A stretch of DNA of 64,000 nucleotides from positions 1,248,001 through 1,312,000 of the forward strand of contig OY843768.1 in assembly GCA_963693095.2 (NCBI GenBank). The letters run 5' to 3'. Below the pieces are notes generated by a model that had not been told where the DNA came from, searched no databases, and was given only the letters and a program-made list of their open reading frames with translations. This DNA is from Cenarchaeum sp. (lineage in GTDB: Archaea > Thermoproteota > Nitrososphaeria > Nitrososphaerales > Nitrosopumilaceae). Within the stretch, counting starts at the first letter, position 1, and each line of letters begins with the position of its first letter. A program made the position numbers and the translations under genes. Shown here piece after piece: positions 11,801 to 23,800 of this stretch.

Positions 11801-14800
11801 AGGTCTCAGAGGCCGAGTCGCCGGCCGTGTAGAGGACTCCGTCCGTGTCGTATGTCGTGTCGAGCGCCAGCGCAGATGCGGAGCGCGTATGGGCCGAATC
11901 GTCAAACCCGCGCACCTCAAAGTTGGCCGCCACTGCCGTGGACGCGAGAAGGCCCTCGCTGAACGTGAGCGTTATCTCGCGGTTTGTCTCAGCGTATGTC
12001 GCAGTCATCACGAACGGCGCGACCCCGTCAGTCGCCGTGACGTGCGGGGAGGCCGTGGCAGGCACGACGCCCGGCGCGCCAGAGGCCGTTATCGTTCCCA
12101 TCCCGTCATACTGCACGATAGGCGTGACGCCTGTGCCCATGGTTGGGTAGACGAGCGTTATCGTGTCAGACGGCGTGATCGACACGTCTCCCATGTCCAG
12201 CGTCGCCGACGGCGACGTGGCGGCCGTGTTGTGGGAGCCGGCCCGCAGCGAGGTTGGCTGTACCGAGCCCAGCATCCAGTCCGAGACGCTCGTCTCGCCG
12301 AGGGCCAGTGTGCCGCTGAACGTGACTGCCGTCGTCTCGCGGCTCGTAGTCTGTGCAGACATCACAGTCGGCGTGTTAATCGTCCCGCCCGTCGCCGGCG
12401 CAGTGATCGTGAACGTCGCTGCCGCTGCCAGCGCGTTTGGCGTGCTAGAGGCGTCAGTCACCGTTGTCGGGACCGTCAGCGTGTACCTCGCGTTGGCCGT
12501 CGCGTCGCTTGTCGTGACGTGGACCGTGTATGGCGCGGAGGATCCCATGTTTTCCGCCGAGGAGACCGTGAGGTCCGTGGCACCGCCCAGTCCCACGATG
12601 GTCAGGCCGGTCACGGTGTCAGTGTCAAGGGCCTCGCTGACTGTGAGGACTATGGTCGAGAGGACGCTAAACGCCGCCGAGGAGACCGTTGGCGCGGTGA
12701 GGTCGAGTATGGCGGTGACCGAGCGGCTCCCGGAGGCGACTGCGTTCATTGCCACGTCTGTGACTGCGGCGTCGATGGTGACTGCGTACATGGCAGACTG
12801 TGTAGGCGCGGTGTCCAGGGTAAGGGTCACGTGCGGGGTCGGCGCCGAGGAGGTCGGCGCGACATAGGCGGCGGTGAACGCCACGGCGTTGCTGTTGCTC
12901 ACGAGATCAAAGTTGGCCGTCAGGACGGTGTTGCTGTCGAGTGCCTCGCTGAAGGGTATCCATATGCGGTAGACTGTCGGGTCAGTCGCGTCGCGCCTGA
13001 ACTCTGTGCCGTCAATGACAGTCGGCGGCGTCTCGTCCCGTAATGAGCGCGTCGCGCTCGTATCCGTGGCCGCGAGGGGGTTGTTTGCGTCATCGAACAG
13101 GCCGAACGTGTTTGAGCCAACTGTCGTGCTGGGGAGCGTGACTGTGTGGGCCGTGTCGAGCGCCGAGTCCGAGGCCAGCGTGAGCGTGATTGTCGAGGTG
13201 GTGGCCTGCTCGGCATAGACGGCCGAGCCGGTGAGGGTCACGGTGCCGCTGGGGATCGTTGTGGGGTAGCTGGCAATGTCTGTCGGAACCTCCGCCAGGC
13301 TCACATCACCAGAGCGTTCTCCCGGCTCACGAGCCGTCATGTGTTCGCTGAACGTGATGGTGAGCTCGTCCGTATCGGTGAACATGGAGGACATGACCGT
13401 GGGGGCGGTCTTGTCGATGCGCACGCGGTATCCCGCGTTCGGCACAGCGACGCCGTCACCGTCAGTCGCCCCTGTCGTGAGATCCTCGTGCGTGAACGTC
13501 GCGGTGTTGCCTACGACATCGCGCACCGTGAGCTCGAACGTGACGAGACCCTCCGGCGATCCAGCTCCGACATGGTGTGAATAGTTGTAATACCCGAGAC
13601 CGGCGTCGACGGCACGCTGACCCGTCACCTCAAAGGCCGTGTCGGGGAAGAACCTGATGTCGGCGGGCGCAACGGTGTCGCCGGCGCCACCGGTAATACT
13701 GTCACCCAAGATGGGCCTGTTATCCACGTAGAGGGTCTCGGTGGGATCTATGCGCACCCACACGCCTTCAGTACTTTCACTGCTCAGGCCGGCCGGCGCA
13801 ATTGGCACTCTTGGATCCAGACTGTTCTCCCTTGTTCGCATAGTCAGCGAGTCGCCGACGTCGAGCGCCGGCGGCACGCCGTCTGCGGCGTCAACAGGGT
13901 CTGCCGGCACGGCAGTCGTGCCGGCCACCAGGGCGGCGGACGCCGGTGGCGTGTACGTGACTATTGGTACGGAGGCCGTGTTGGAGAGCTCTGCGTGCGT
14001 GATGAGCAGCGACGTGACGGCCGGGGTGGAGCCCAGCACCTGCATGACTGCCGGTGTCGAGCCATCAACTGGCGTCGCGGTGACCTGGTTCATCCCGTCG
14101 GCAGTCACCGTCGCGATGCTCGATATGGCAAGGCTCGCGGCGGCCTCGGGGGCCGCCTCGTTGAGCGCCCAGTCGGCCACGTCGAGCGTGCCGGTGAGGC
14201 TCCCGTCGTCAAACGTGACGAGCGTCGTGGTGGCCGTCCTTGTTCTGGCGTCAAGCGGCCAGTCGTACACTGCGGTAGCCGACATGATGCCACCTGTTTC
14301 AGGCTGGCTGTTAAAGTTCCTGACAGCGTGGTCGGGGTTAACCGTGTACACCCTGCCAGGCATGGTGTCAACGCTGCTGTCCAGCGTGAGCGTGTACGTG
14401 TCCGAGGACGTGCGCTCGGCGGACTCTACGGCCAGGCTGCCCCTCGGCGATGTCACCGTCCACTCGTCGTCTGTCGCATAGTTCGCGACGCCAGTCACGA
14501 ACACGACATCCTCGCTGAACGTGACTGTGATCGTGTGCTCACCCGCAAATGCGGCCGACGTGATCGTGGGATGCGTCGTGTCCCCTGCCATGGCCACCGT
14601 GCTGCCGGTCTGCACCCTGTTGGGCGTGTCCCCTTGGGGCACCACGTCGGTGAGGCCTCCGGTCGCCGGCTGCGTGTATGTCACCGTGGGCGTGTCAGTG
14701 AGCGCCAGGAATGGGTCGGTTTTGAGGGCACCGACATACAGCAGGCCGTCGAACTCGTGGGCGGCCAGTATGGTGGCGCTGCCCTTGAGGCGCGGAGCAT

Positions 14801-17800
14801 TGTTGCCCGCACCAGGATCCTGAGTCGCCGTGACCAGCGTCGGCGTGGTGGTGCCCGTCTTGACGATCGCCCAGTCTGCCACGGCGGTCATGCCCTGTAT
14901 GGGCTCGTCGAACTTTACTGCGACGTGTGTGGTGTTGAACACGCGCGCCGTGAACGTCGGCGCCGTGGTGTCAGTTTGCGTCGACGCCGTGTACGTCGCC
15001 GTCGTCATGGCGTCGGCGTCTATCGCGTTGGCCGCGGATGAGACGTCGGCTATCGCGTTGGCCGCGTGGATCGTGTGCTCCATGCCGGCGGCCACGCCGG
15101 TGGTGAGCTCCAGCGTGTACGTCGAGTCGTCCGTGCGCGCCGCCGAGTCCAGGCCGACGGGGGTGCTGCCGAGCTCCACCGACCAGCCGGCGTCTCCCAT
15201 AATGGTAGTCACGTTGGTCACGTCCTCGGTGAACGTGACTTCGATCATGTCTGCGGCCGTGAACCTGGCCGAGTCGATGGACGGGTCGATCATGTCGGCC
15301 GCTGTGACGTGGGGCGAGAGCGTCGTGGCGAGCGGGGTGCCGGCGGCGTTGTCCAGCGAGTTGGCGTTGGTGCCTGTCGGCCGCGTGTACGTCACTATCG
15401 GCGTCGCGTCGGCGTCCTGCGCGTTGAGCGACGCGAGCGTGAGCGTGAGCGTCATGGTTGCCGTCCCTATCGTGAGCGTCGTGCCGGCGTCTACTGGCGA
15501 GCCGCCTGCTGCCACCGAGGCCGGCGCCACGTTGGCGACCCTCCACTCGTCGGCGTCCGTCTCGCCGTCAAGCACCGCAGAGAACGTGACGATGACTGAC
15601 GTCGGCGTGTCAAGCGTCGCGCCCGTTATCGTCGGCGCCGGCGCCGTGTACTGCAATGTCCTCTCCACGGCCGCAAACGCGTTGTCGGCCAGGTCGAGGA
15701 TCGTGGCCGGCACCTTTACGAGATAGCCCCCGTTCGTGTCAGCGTTGACGTTTATGGTGACAGTCATGCCGCTCGCCGTTGCACCGTACGGCGTCAGGCT
15801 TCCGGACGGGGGCGTGACTGATATGTCGCCGGTGACCGTGACGGTCTCGCTGAACGTGAGGACGATGTCATTGCCCACAAACGCCGAGCTCACAAACGTC
15901 GGCGCGACGCGGTCGATCGTCGGCGGCGTCGTAGCCGACAGGGTCGTCTCGTCCACAGGGCGCGTCGAGCCCGAGGCAGCCGTCACCGTCGCGTCAAACG
16001 TGAACGCGCCCTCTATGGAGCCCGTAGTCTCGACGAGGTACGACGCGCGCCACTCGTTGATCCCGGTGACTTGGGTCATCGGTACTGCGTCAGCAGTGGC
16101 AGTCTTGCCCACAAAGAGAACGCTAACCGAGCTCGCCGCGCCGTCAAGCGTGATCGAGAGCCTGATCGTGTCACCGGCGCGCGCGTGCGAGGCGTACGGC
16201 GAAGCCCTCTCGGTGGTCGTTGTGCCCTCAAAGACCGTGTACGCCACGGCAGTCGCCATCGGCGCGGCAGTCGGCGTGTACGTCGCAGTCGCGTCAGTGG
16301 CAGCAAAGACGGAGCCGGTGGCAAGCGAGCCGGCGTTGCTGACGTACGCGTTGCCCCTGACGTCGGTGACTGACGTGGACGGCCTGATGACATAGAGGCC
16401 GTTTTCAGTCGCCGACTCGGCGAGGTTTAGCGCAATAGTCGTCGTGCCGGCCGTGTACTCTACAGGCGTCGTCGTGCCGAGCGCGAGAATGTCGCGCAGG
16501 CTGCCCGCATCAGAACCGTCCGGACCGCTGATCTCAAAGTTGGCCACCACGACGGTATCGGCGTCGAGGGCCTCGCTGGGCGTGAGCGTGATCGTGTCAG
16601 CATCAAGGAAGGCCGCCGTGAACGTCGGCGATGCCGCATCACCCAGTGCGCCTGCGCTCACCGTGGCTCCAGGCGCTGCAAGCACCGTCGTGTCGTCTCC
16701 GGTGCCCGATGAGAGAACCGGCGAGGACTGGCCGGTCGACCCGGTGTACGTGACTGACTCCCTTGCCGCCGTGCCGGCGTCTGCGTGGGTCAGCGTGAGC
16801 GTATAGTCGTCATCGAGCGTCTGCGTGGCTGCGCCATCAGGGGCGACTCCCGTGGCCGGCGCGCCGTTTACCGCCCACTCGGCCGCCACCGTTGTCCCGG
16901 AGACTGGCAGGCTGAACGTGACGAGGGTCTGCGTGGCTGACGTGCTTGCCGCGACGAACGTGAGTGGCGGCTCGGTCGTGGTGGCCCCAAACTGCGTCAT
17001 GTGGCGCGTCCAGATGATGACGTCGGTGCCGTCCTCAAAGTAACAGTCCTCGCCGGCGCCAAGCGTCGGCGCAGCCGTGAGCGTCACGCTGTCTGCGCAC
17101 TCTGGGACGGCGTTGACAACGTTGTCAGCGGCACCGGAGAGATAGAACGCGCGCATGGCGCCGGTGCTCGACGCATCGCCGGCTATGCGCAGCGATGCGG
17201 GCGCCGAGAGCGATATGCCCAATGACTCGCTGCCTACCTCCACGAGCGGGACCGAGGAGAGCGCGTCGCCGCGCGCGCCAAGTGCCCTTGCGGCCGCGTC
17301 AGACTCGATGATCGCCGTGATGGCGGCCGCTGCCGCAGTGTCCGCGTCAGTCGGCGACGTGGTTGGAGCCGAGTATGTCTCATCCTTGTCGAGTGCGGCG
17401 CGCTCCAGGAGGACCGCCTCGGGAGCGCTGCCAAACGTGAACGTCGTTGCCGACGCGATGACGAGCTCGGCGCCGTCAATTCTCGCAGTTATCGGCGCGT
17501 CGACTGTGTCAGGATCCGTGCCGGTTCCCTTCACGCCATCAAGACTGTCGAGGTTGAGCGTCAGGCCAGTCGCGCGTGGGGGCTCTATGGTCTCCAGCGT
17601 GTACGTGCCTGCCTGCAGTGCGGCCCGCATCGATATGCTCACTGATGTCGCCGACGTCGCCGACGTCGCCGTCGTCGAGGCGATCGTGTGGTACTGCTGT
17701 GCGCCGGCCGGTCCGACGATCCTAAAGGCCTGCGGACCTGCAGAGGTCGTGTCGATCGCCGACGTGAGCGTCGCGACGACTGTCTGCGCGCCAGACGGCG

Positions 17801-20800
17801 CGGCGGCCGTCAGCGTGGCAGTGCCGGCGGCGGCCACGTGGAACACGGCGGCCGAGTCGGCTGCCAGTGCGGCTCCGCGTATCGTGTCGCTGCCCGGCAC
17901 CGACGTGTCAGCCTGCCTGATCCCGTCAGCGGCCCTTGCCGTCACCAAGTACGAGCCCTCTGCGGTTATGGCAGCATCCATGCCCAGCGTCACCACGTTG
18001 CTCAACGAGCCATGGAGCGCGGCAGTGGCTATCCCCAGCGGCGCCGTGGACGGCGAGGGGCCGGTGACCTCAAAGGCCGAGGCGCCAACCGATGCCGGAT
18101 CGATGTCCTCGCTGAACAGGAGCCTCACGGTCATGCCGCCATCTGGCAGGTCCACGGCGATCAGCGCAAGCTCGTCCTCGCCTGCCACGTTAAAGGAGGC
18201 CGAGAGCGGCGCCATGGCGCGGCCCGAGGCCTCGCGCAGGCCATACGAGGCGTCCCTGGCGACGACTGTGGCCGCCGTGGCGTCATCGGGCACGATATAG
18301 ACGTCGGTGTCTATGCGGTCCGTGGCGACCGGGACTCCGGTGGCCTCCACGGTCGTTGAGCGTATGCCCGTTATGCTCACGTCGACGCTGCCAGAGAGCG
18401 TAGAGGCGACGAGTATCGCGCGGCCCGCAGTCGCCTCCACGGCGGCGGCCGCATACGCCCCAGTGCCGGCCGTGCGCATCTGGACTGACGGTGTGCCTGA
18501 CACGTCCTCGTTGAGGAGTATCGTGCGCGTCGAGGATGATGACTCAAAGACCGTCCTTACAGTCGGCGCGCCTGCTGCCGTGGCGTGGACCGCGGCAGTC
18601 GAGACGGCCGCACCATTGGCGCCGGCGATGTCGTGGCCTGCAGCAGTGCCCTGCTGGCTCGTGATCGGCGCGCCTGCCGCGTCAAACGTCGGCGGACCGC
18701 CCAGGGACGGCCGGTACGAGACGAGGGCGCTTGAGGTCTCTGTGAGCGCCTCGTGCGTGAGCGTCAGGACGGGCGACGTGCCCACCGCGGTCACGGTGAT
18801 GGCAGTGACGGCGCGGTCATCGGCGGCCGACGGTGTCGTGGCCGGACTCGCGCCGGCAATGTCCTCAACGACCCACTTTGCCTCGTCAAGATCAGTTGAC
18901 GTCGTGATCCTCGCATGGAGCGCGGCCTCAAACGCGACTGTCGTCTGCGTCGGCGATACTGTCACTGCCGTGTACGTGAGGGCCGCCGGCGGGGCGCTGT
19001 ACGTCGCCGAGACGGCGCGCGTGTTCTCGCCGGTGAGCGCCTGCGCGTTGCCTGCCAGGTCGGTGACTGTGGCCGCAGGAGTGAGCGTGTACGTCGCGCC
19101 GCCAGTCAGCGCCGAGTCCAGGACGATCGTGACGGTGGTGTACTGGGACGCGCCCGAGCCGACGCCAGAGTTGACCTCGGAGATGAGGATCGCCGCGTCG
19201 CCCGGCTCGGAGTTGTCGGCGATCAGCGTGACAGTCAGCGTGGCGCCTGCCGAGTCAACAGCGCTCACCGGCAGGCTTGCCCTGGTGAGCGTGGCAGGCG
19301 CGATCCGCTCGTCGAACATTATCCTGATCGCGTTGGGCGCCGATTCCGAGGACGGCGCTGCCACAAACGAGACTGTCGCTATAGTCGGCGCCGTGCGGTC
19401 TATCGTCGGCGGTGTCGGCGCCGAGTGGAGCCTGTCGAGGACCTGCTCGAACGTTGCGCTGCTCGGGTCTGTGTCCACCACGGGGCCTATCGGCACGCCA
19501 TTGTTCGCCGCGATGAGCGGCGCGGCGTGGCCAGAGGAGCCTGTGATCGTCGGGCCGGCAGACATGCCTTCGGGGTGCGGTATCTCAAACGTGAACGGCC
19601 CGTTGAGCAGGCCCGCGTTCTGCGCGGCAGTCTCGACTGTGTACGTCGTGGTCCACGTGTTGTCCCTGGCCGAGACTGCGCTCATCGGCACGCCGAGGGA
19701 CTCGTCAACGTTCGCAGTCACTGCGTCATCGGCTGTGACCTTGCCGACAAGGCGGACCTGCGGCGCCGGCGTGACTGCCTCGTTGAGCGTGACTGTCAGC
19801 CTAATGTCATCGCCGGCCTTTACGTACCACGCAGTCGGGTCATCCTCTGGATCCACGGCGACCTTTATGCCCGAGTCGTTCTCCTTTAGGACCGTGTACT
19901 CTATTGCAGTCGCCGCGCGACTTGGCGCCTCTAGGGTGACGTCGATGCTAGTGACCAGCTCGTCGCGCAGTTGCGTGACGCCAGTAACGCCGGCGATGCT
20001 CAGCGAGTACGCGCCGGGCGCGACTGGCGAGACGAGTGCGATGCCGACGGTGGGTGGCGGGACGCCAGAGTACCACGCATGCGATATGCCGACGACCGGA
20101 CCGGCATCAGTGCTGCTGACTCGCGGGCCGCGCAGCTCAAAGGTCGCGCCGGCGAGCGTGGAGGATGAGGAGGGCGCCAGCACGGTCTCGCCGTTGACAA
20201 CTGACGAGGTGACGCGCCGATAGCTGACCGAGGTGTCAGTCAGGCCAGTGCTATCTGCCGCATCAGGGGCGACGAGAACGCAGCGGAAGACAGAGACTCC
20301 CTGCTCTGTGGCAGTGCCGCACACCTCGGCGCCCACCATGTCGTCCAGGCCGGCGGCCCTGAGGCCAAAGGTGACGAGTAGGCTCGAGGGCGTCGTGAAC
20401 GCCACGGACTCGACTGGAGGCCTCATGTCGATCGGCGATATGCGCACCGTGTCAGCCGCGTCGTACGGGTTGGCGGGGCTCGCCGTGTCAGCCAGGCCGG
20501 TCATCGTTACGGTGTACTCGTCGGTATCTGGCAGCGGGCTTGCCAGCGTTAGCGTGATCGTCCGTCTATCGCCATCATACGAGACGGCAGTCGCGCGAGT
20601 GGCATGGAGCGGCACTGCCGGGCCGGCGTCGCTTGGGTTCACCCTCGGGCCGTTCACCACAAACGTTGCCATGTCCGTGCCGGCGACGCTCTCGTGGAAG
20701 GGTATCGAGATCTTGCCCTCTGAGGTGCGCATGGCATTGATGACGACCGGCGGCGCGCCGTCGACGGCGACTTGGCGCTCAGTCGTCACCGCCGTGCCAG

Positions 20801-23800
20801 ATGCGCCGACCAGGCAGGCCGCATCGCACTGCGCGTACGAGATGACCGGCGTGCCCGTGTTGATCAGCGGCGAGTGGACGATCGTCACCTGTGGCGAGGT
20901 GCCGGCCATCGTCAGAGTGGCAGATACCACGTTCCTCGCGGCGTCACTAGAGGAGCGGGCCTTGAGGTTACCATCCTCGTCAAATGAGGCCTCTGGCGGC
21001 GAGGCGGGGTTCCAGTTAAAGGTCCGGCTCACGGCCGAGGCCAGCGCCTCTCCGCCCGTGCTCGCGACTGTCGTGCTCGCGCTGATCGTGTACCTGTCGA
21101 CTGGGAGCGCGGGATCAAATGTGAGCCTCACGACTTGCGAGGCCGGCGAGTGCGACACTGTCGGCGTGAGCGCGGTGCCATCAGAGTCCGTGGCGGTGAT
21201 CGACGAGGCAGTCACCGTCGAGGAGTCCAGCGCTTCGCTAAACGCCACATCAATGACAGTCGTTGTACCCACAGTCGAGGGGGCCACCGAGGTGATGCGC
21301 AGTGCCAGCGGGGTCGTGCCGGCGATATCCTCGACTAGCCAGTGCGAGGCGTCGAGTGCGGCGCCGGCCTCGAGTGAGGAGTCCAGCATGGCGTCAAACG
21401 TGAGCACAGTCGTAGTCCTGGACACTGAGCGGGCATCATAGCCGAGCGAGCCGTATGTCGCGTCGTATGGCGAGGCCGCATACGCGTTGCCGGCGATGTC
21501 GGTGAGCGCACTCGTCGGCGTTATCGCGTACGTCGTGCCGTCGACTAGCGCGGCGGCAAGGACGATCGTGACAGTCGCGCCGTTGTGTAGGAGCGCCGAG
21601 TCGCCCTCCTCGGTGGCGTCATCGGCCACAAGGGCCACGTTCACCACAGACGCGCCGGTTCCCGTCGTCACGGTGAGGCTGGTGCGCGAGAGCGTGCCGG
21701 CCGCTATGGGCTCGCTAAACTCCACTACCAGCGCGTTTGCGCTCGCGGCGTTGACTGTCGTAAAGGTGACGTCCTCGATCACAGGTGCCGTCCGGTCTAT
21801 GGTCGGCAGACTCGCGCCGAGGAGCGCGGCGTCATCGTGGTCGGTGTCCACGCAGCCGTCGCGGTCTGCGGCCGCGTCATTCGCGTCAGTGCAGTCAGCT
21901 GACATGCGGAACGTGAACTGGCCGTCTGCTGCCGGCATTGGTGGGTCTGCGTCTGCGGCGCTCACCGTGAACGTTGTCGTCCACTCGCGCACATTCACGC
22001 CGGCAGTCATGGGCACGGCGCTGCCGCCAAAGGTGGTCGTCTCCACGTCGTTCACTGACGTGGTGGTGCCAAACGCGCGAATGACAGGCGCGCTGGCCGT
22101 CGTGTCCGCAAGCGTTGCGGTGATTACTATCTTGTCGCCGGCGCGCGCAAGCGAGGTCGCCTCGCCGGTCCTCGCCGCATCATTGGTGTCAGTCACCGTG
22201 ATCTCTATCGCCACTGCCCTGGGCTCTAGAGGCCCGAGCGTCACGGCCACATCACCGGCTTCGTACGCGCGCTCGGCGCGCGGTGGCGTGGCATTCGCGT
22301 CTGCGGCCTGCTTTGCGCCTGTGATCGCGACGGTGTACTCGCCGTCAGCGGCGTCTGCGTCGAGCCTTAGCGTCACGACCGAGTTGATCGGCGTGGGCGC
22401 CATGCCCGGAAGCGACTCTGTGACAAGGGTGTGCGAGACGGCCGATGCTGACAGGCTGCTGCCCTCCTGCAGGAGCGTGACTGCCGGACCGGCGTCACCC
22501 GAGTCGACCCTCGGGCCGCTCACCGCAAACGTCACGCCGTCAAGCGCGCCATCCGTGTTGACAAGAATGCCGCTGAACTCGAGGCGTAGCGTGTCTAGGG
22601 ACGTGAACGAGGAGGAGGAGACGTAAAAGTCCGTGCGCGGCGGCACAAAGTCGACGGGGCTGCGCGCGCTGATCGTGCCGGCGGCGTACACGTTGCTGTT
22701 CTCGTCGCTGATGCCGGTGAGCGTGACTGTATAGATGCCGTCGGCCACATCCGTGTTGAGCGTGAGCGTGACTGTGGGCGGCGGGCCGGCCGCATAGACG
22801 GCATTGGTGTCAGACTCGTCAATGCCGCCAGTGGCTAGGTCGTCCTGCCGGAGCGCGACTGTCGGGCCGTTGCCCGAGTCGTCCCTCGGGCCGTTCACGG
22901 CAAACGTCGCGCCCGTTATTGACGAGAGGGCCTCGCTGAACTTTATGCGTATAGTCGAGAACGTGTCATCGCCGACGACTAGCTCTGTGTCAAATGCCGC
23001 AGTCGCAGTCGGCGCAATGCCGTCAGCGGCGCGCACGCCAGTCGTGGTGAGCGGCACGTCACCGTCGCCGACAAGGTCGGCCTGCGTGCCGGGCACGTAC
23101 GTTATGAGCGGCGTCTGCGTGACTGTCAGCGGCGCGTGCGTGAGCGTGACTGTGGGCGTAGCGCCAGTCGTCGTGACTGCCGCAAGCGAGACGGTCCTCA
23201 GCGAGGCGGGCACGCGATCCTCGCCTTCCACCCTCACTGCGTCCTCGACGGTCCACTTTGTCTCGTCGAGGTCTGTTGACGTCGTGACTGCCGAGGCCAG
23301 CGCGCCGGCAAGCGTGAGGAGAGTGGTTGTCGTCGATGTTGCGCGCGCCGTGTAGTCCAGCGCCGTGTACGTCGCAGTGTCAGACTCGGTGGAGAGAACC
23401 CTGTTTGCCGTCGGCGTGACGAGGTCGTCGATCGTGTCTGCTGCGTTGATCGTGTACTCTGTGCCGGGCACCACGTCGGACACCGTGAGCGTGTACGTGG
23501 GGGAGGCAAACCCGACATTGCTCACCGTGAGGCTAGTGGAGCCGGCCGCCACGGACCAGCCGGTTCCCGCCGTCGTCGACGTGTCCTCGTCCACAGGCTC
23601 GGTGAACGTGACTACGATCGTGTCGGCCGCCGTGAACGTGGCGCTCATTATCGCCGGCCTCAGGGCGTCAGTGGCAAGTATCGTGGCCTCTGACGTCCCG
23701 GCGTCAAACGCTATGGCGTTGCCGGCCGAGTCGGCAAGGCCCGTGCCCCTGTACGTGACTGTCGGCGCAAATGACGTGTCGGCGATCGTCGCGTACGTGA

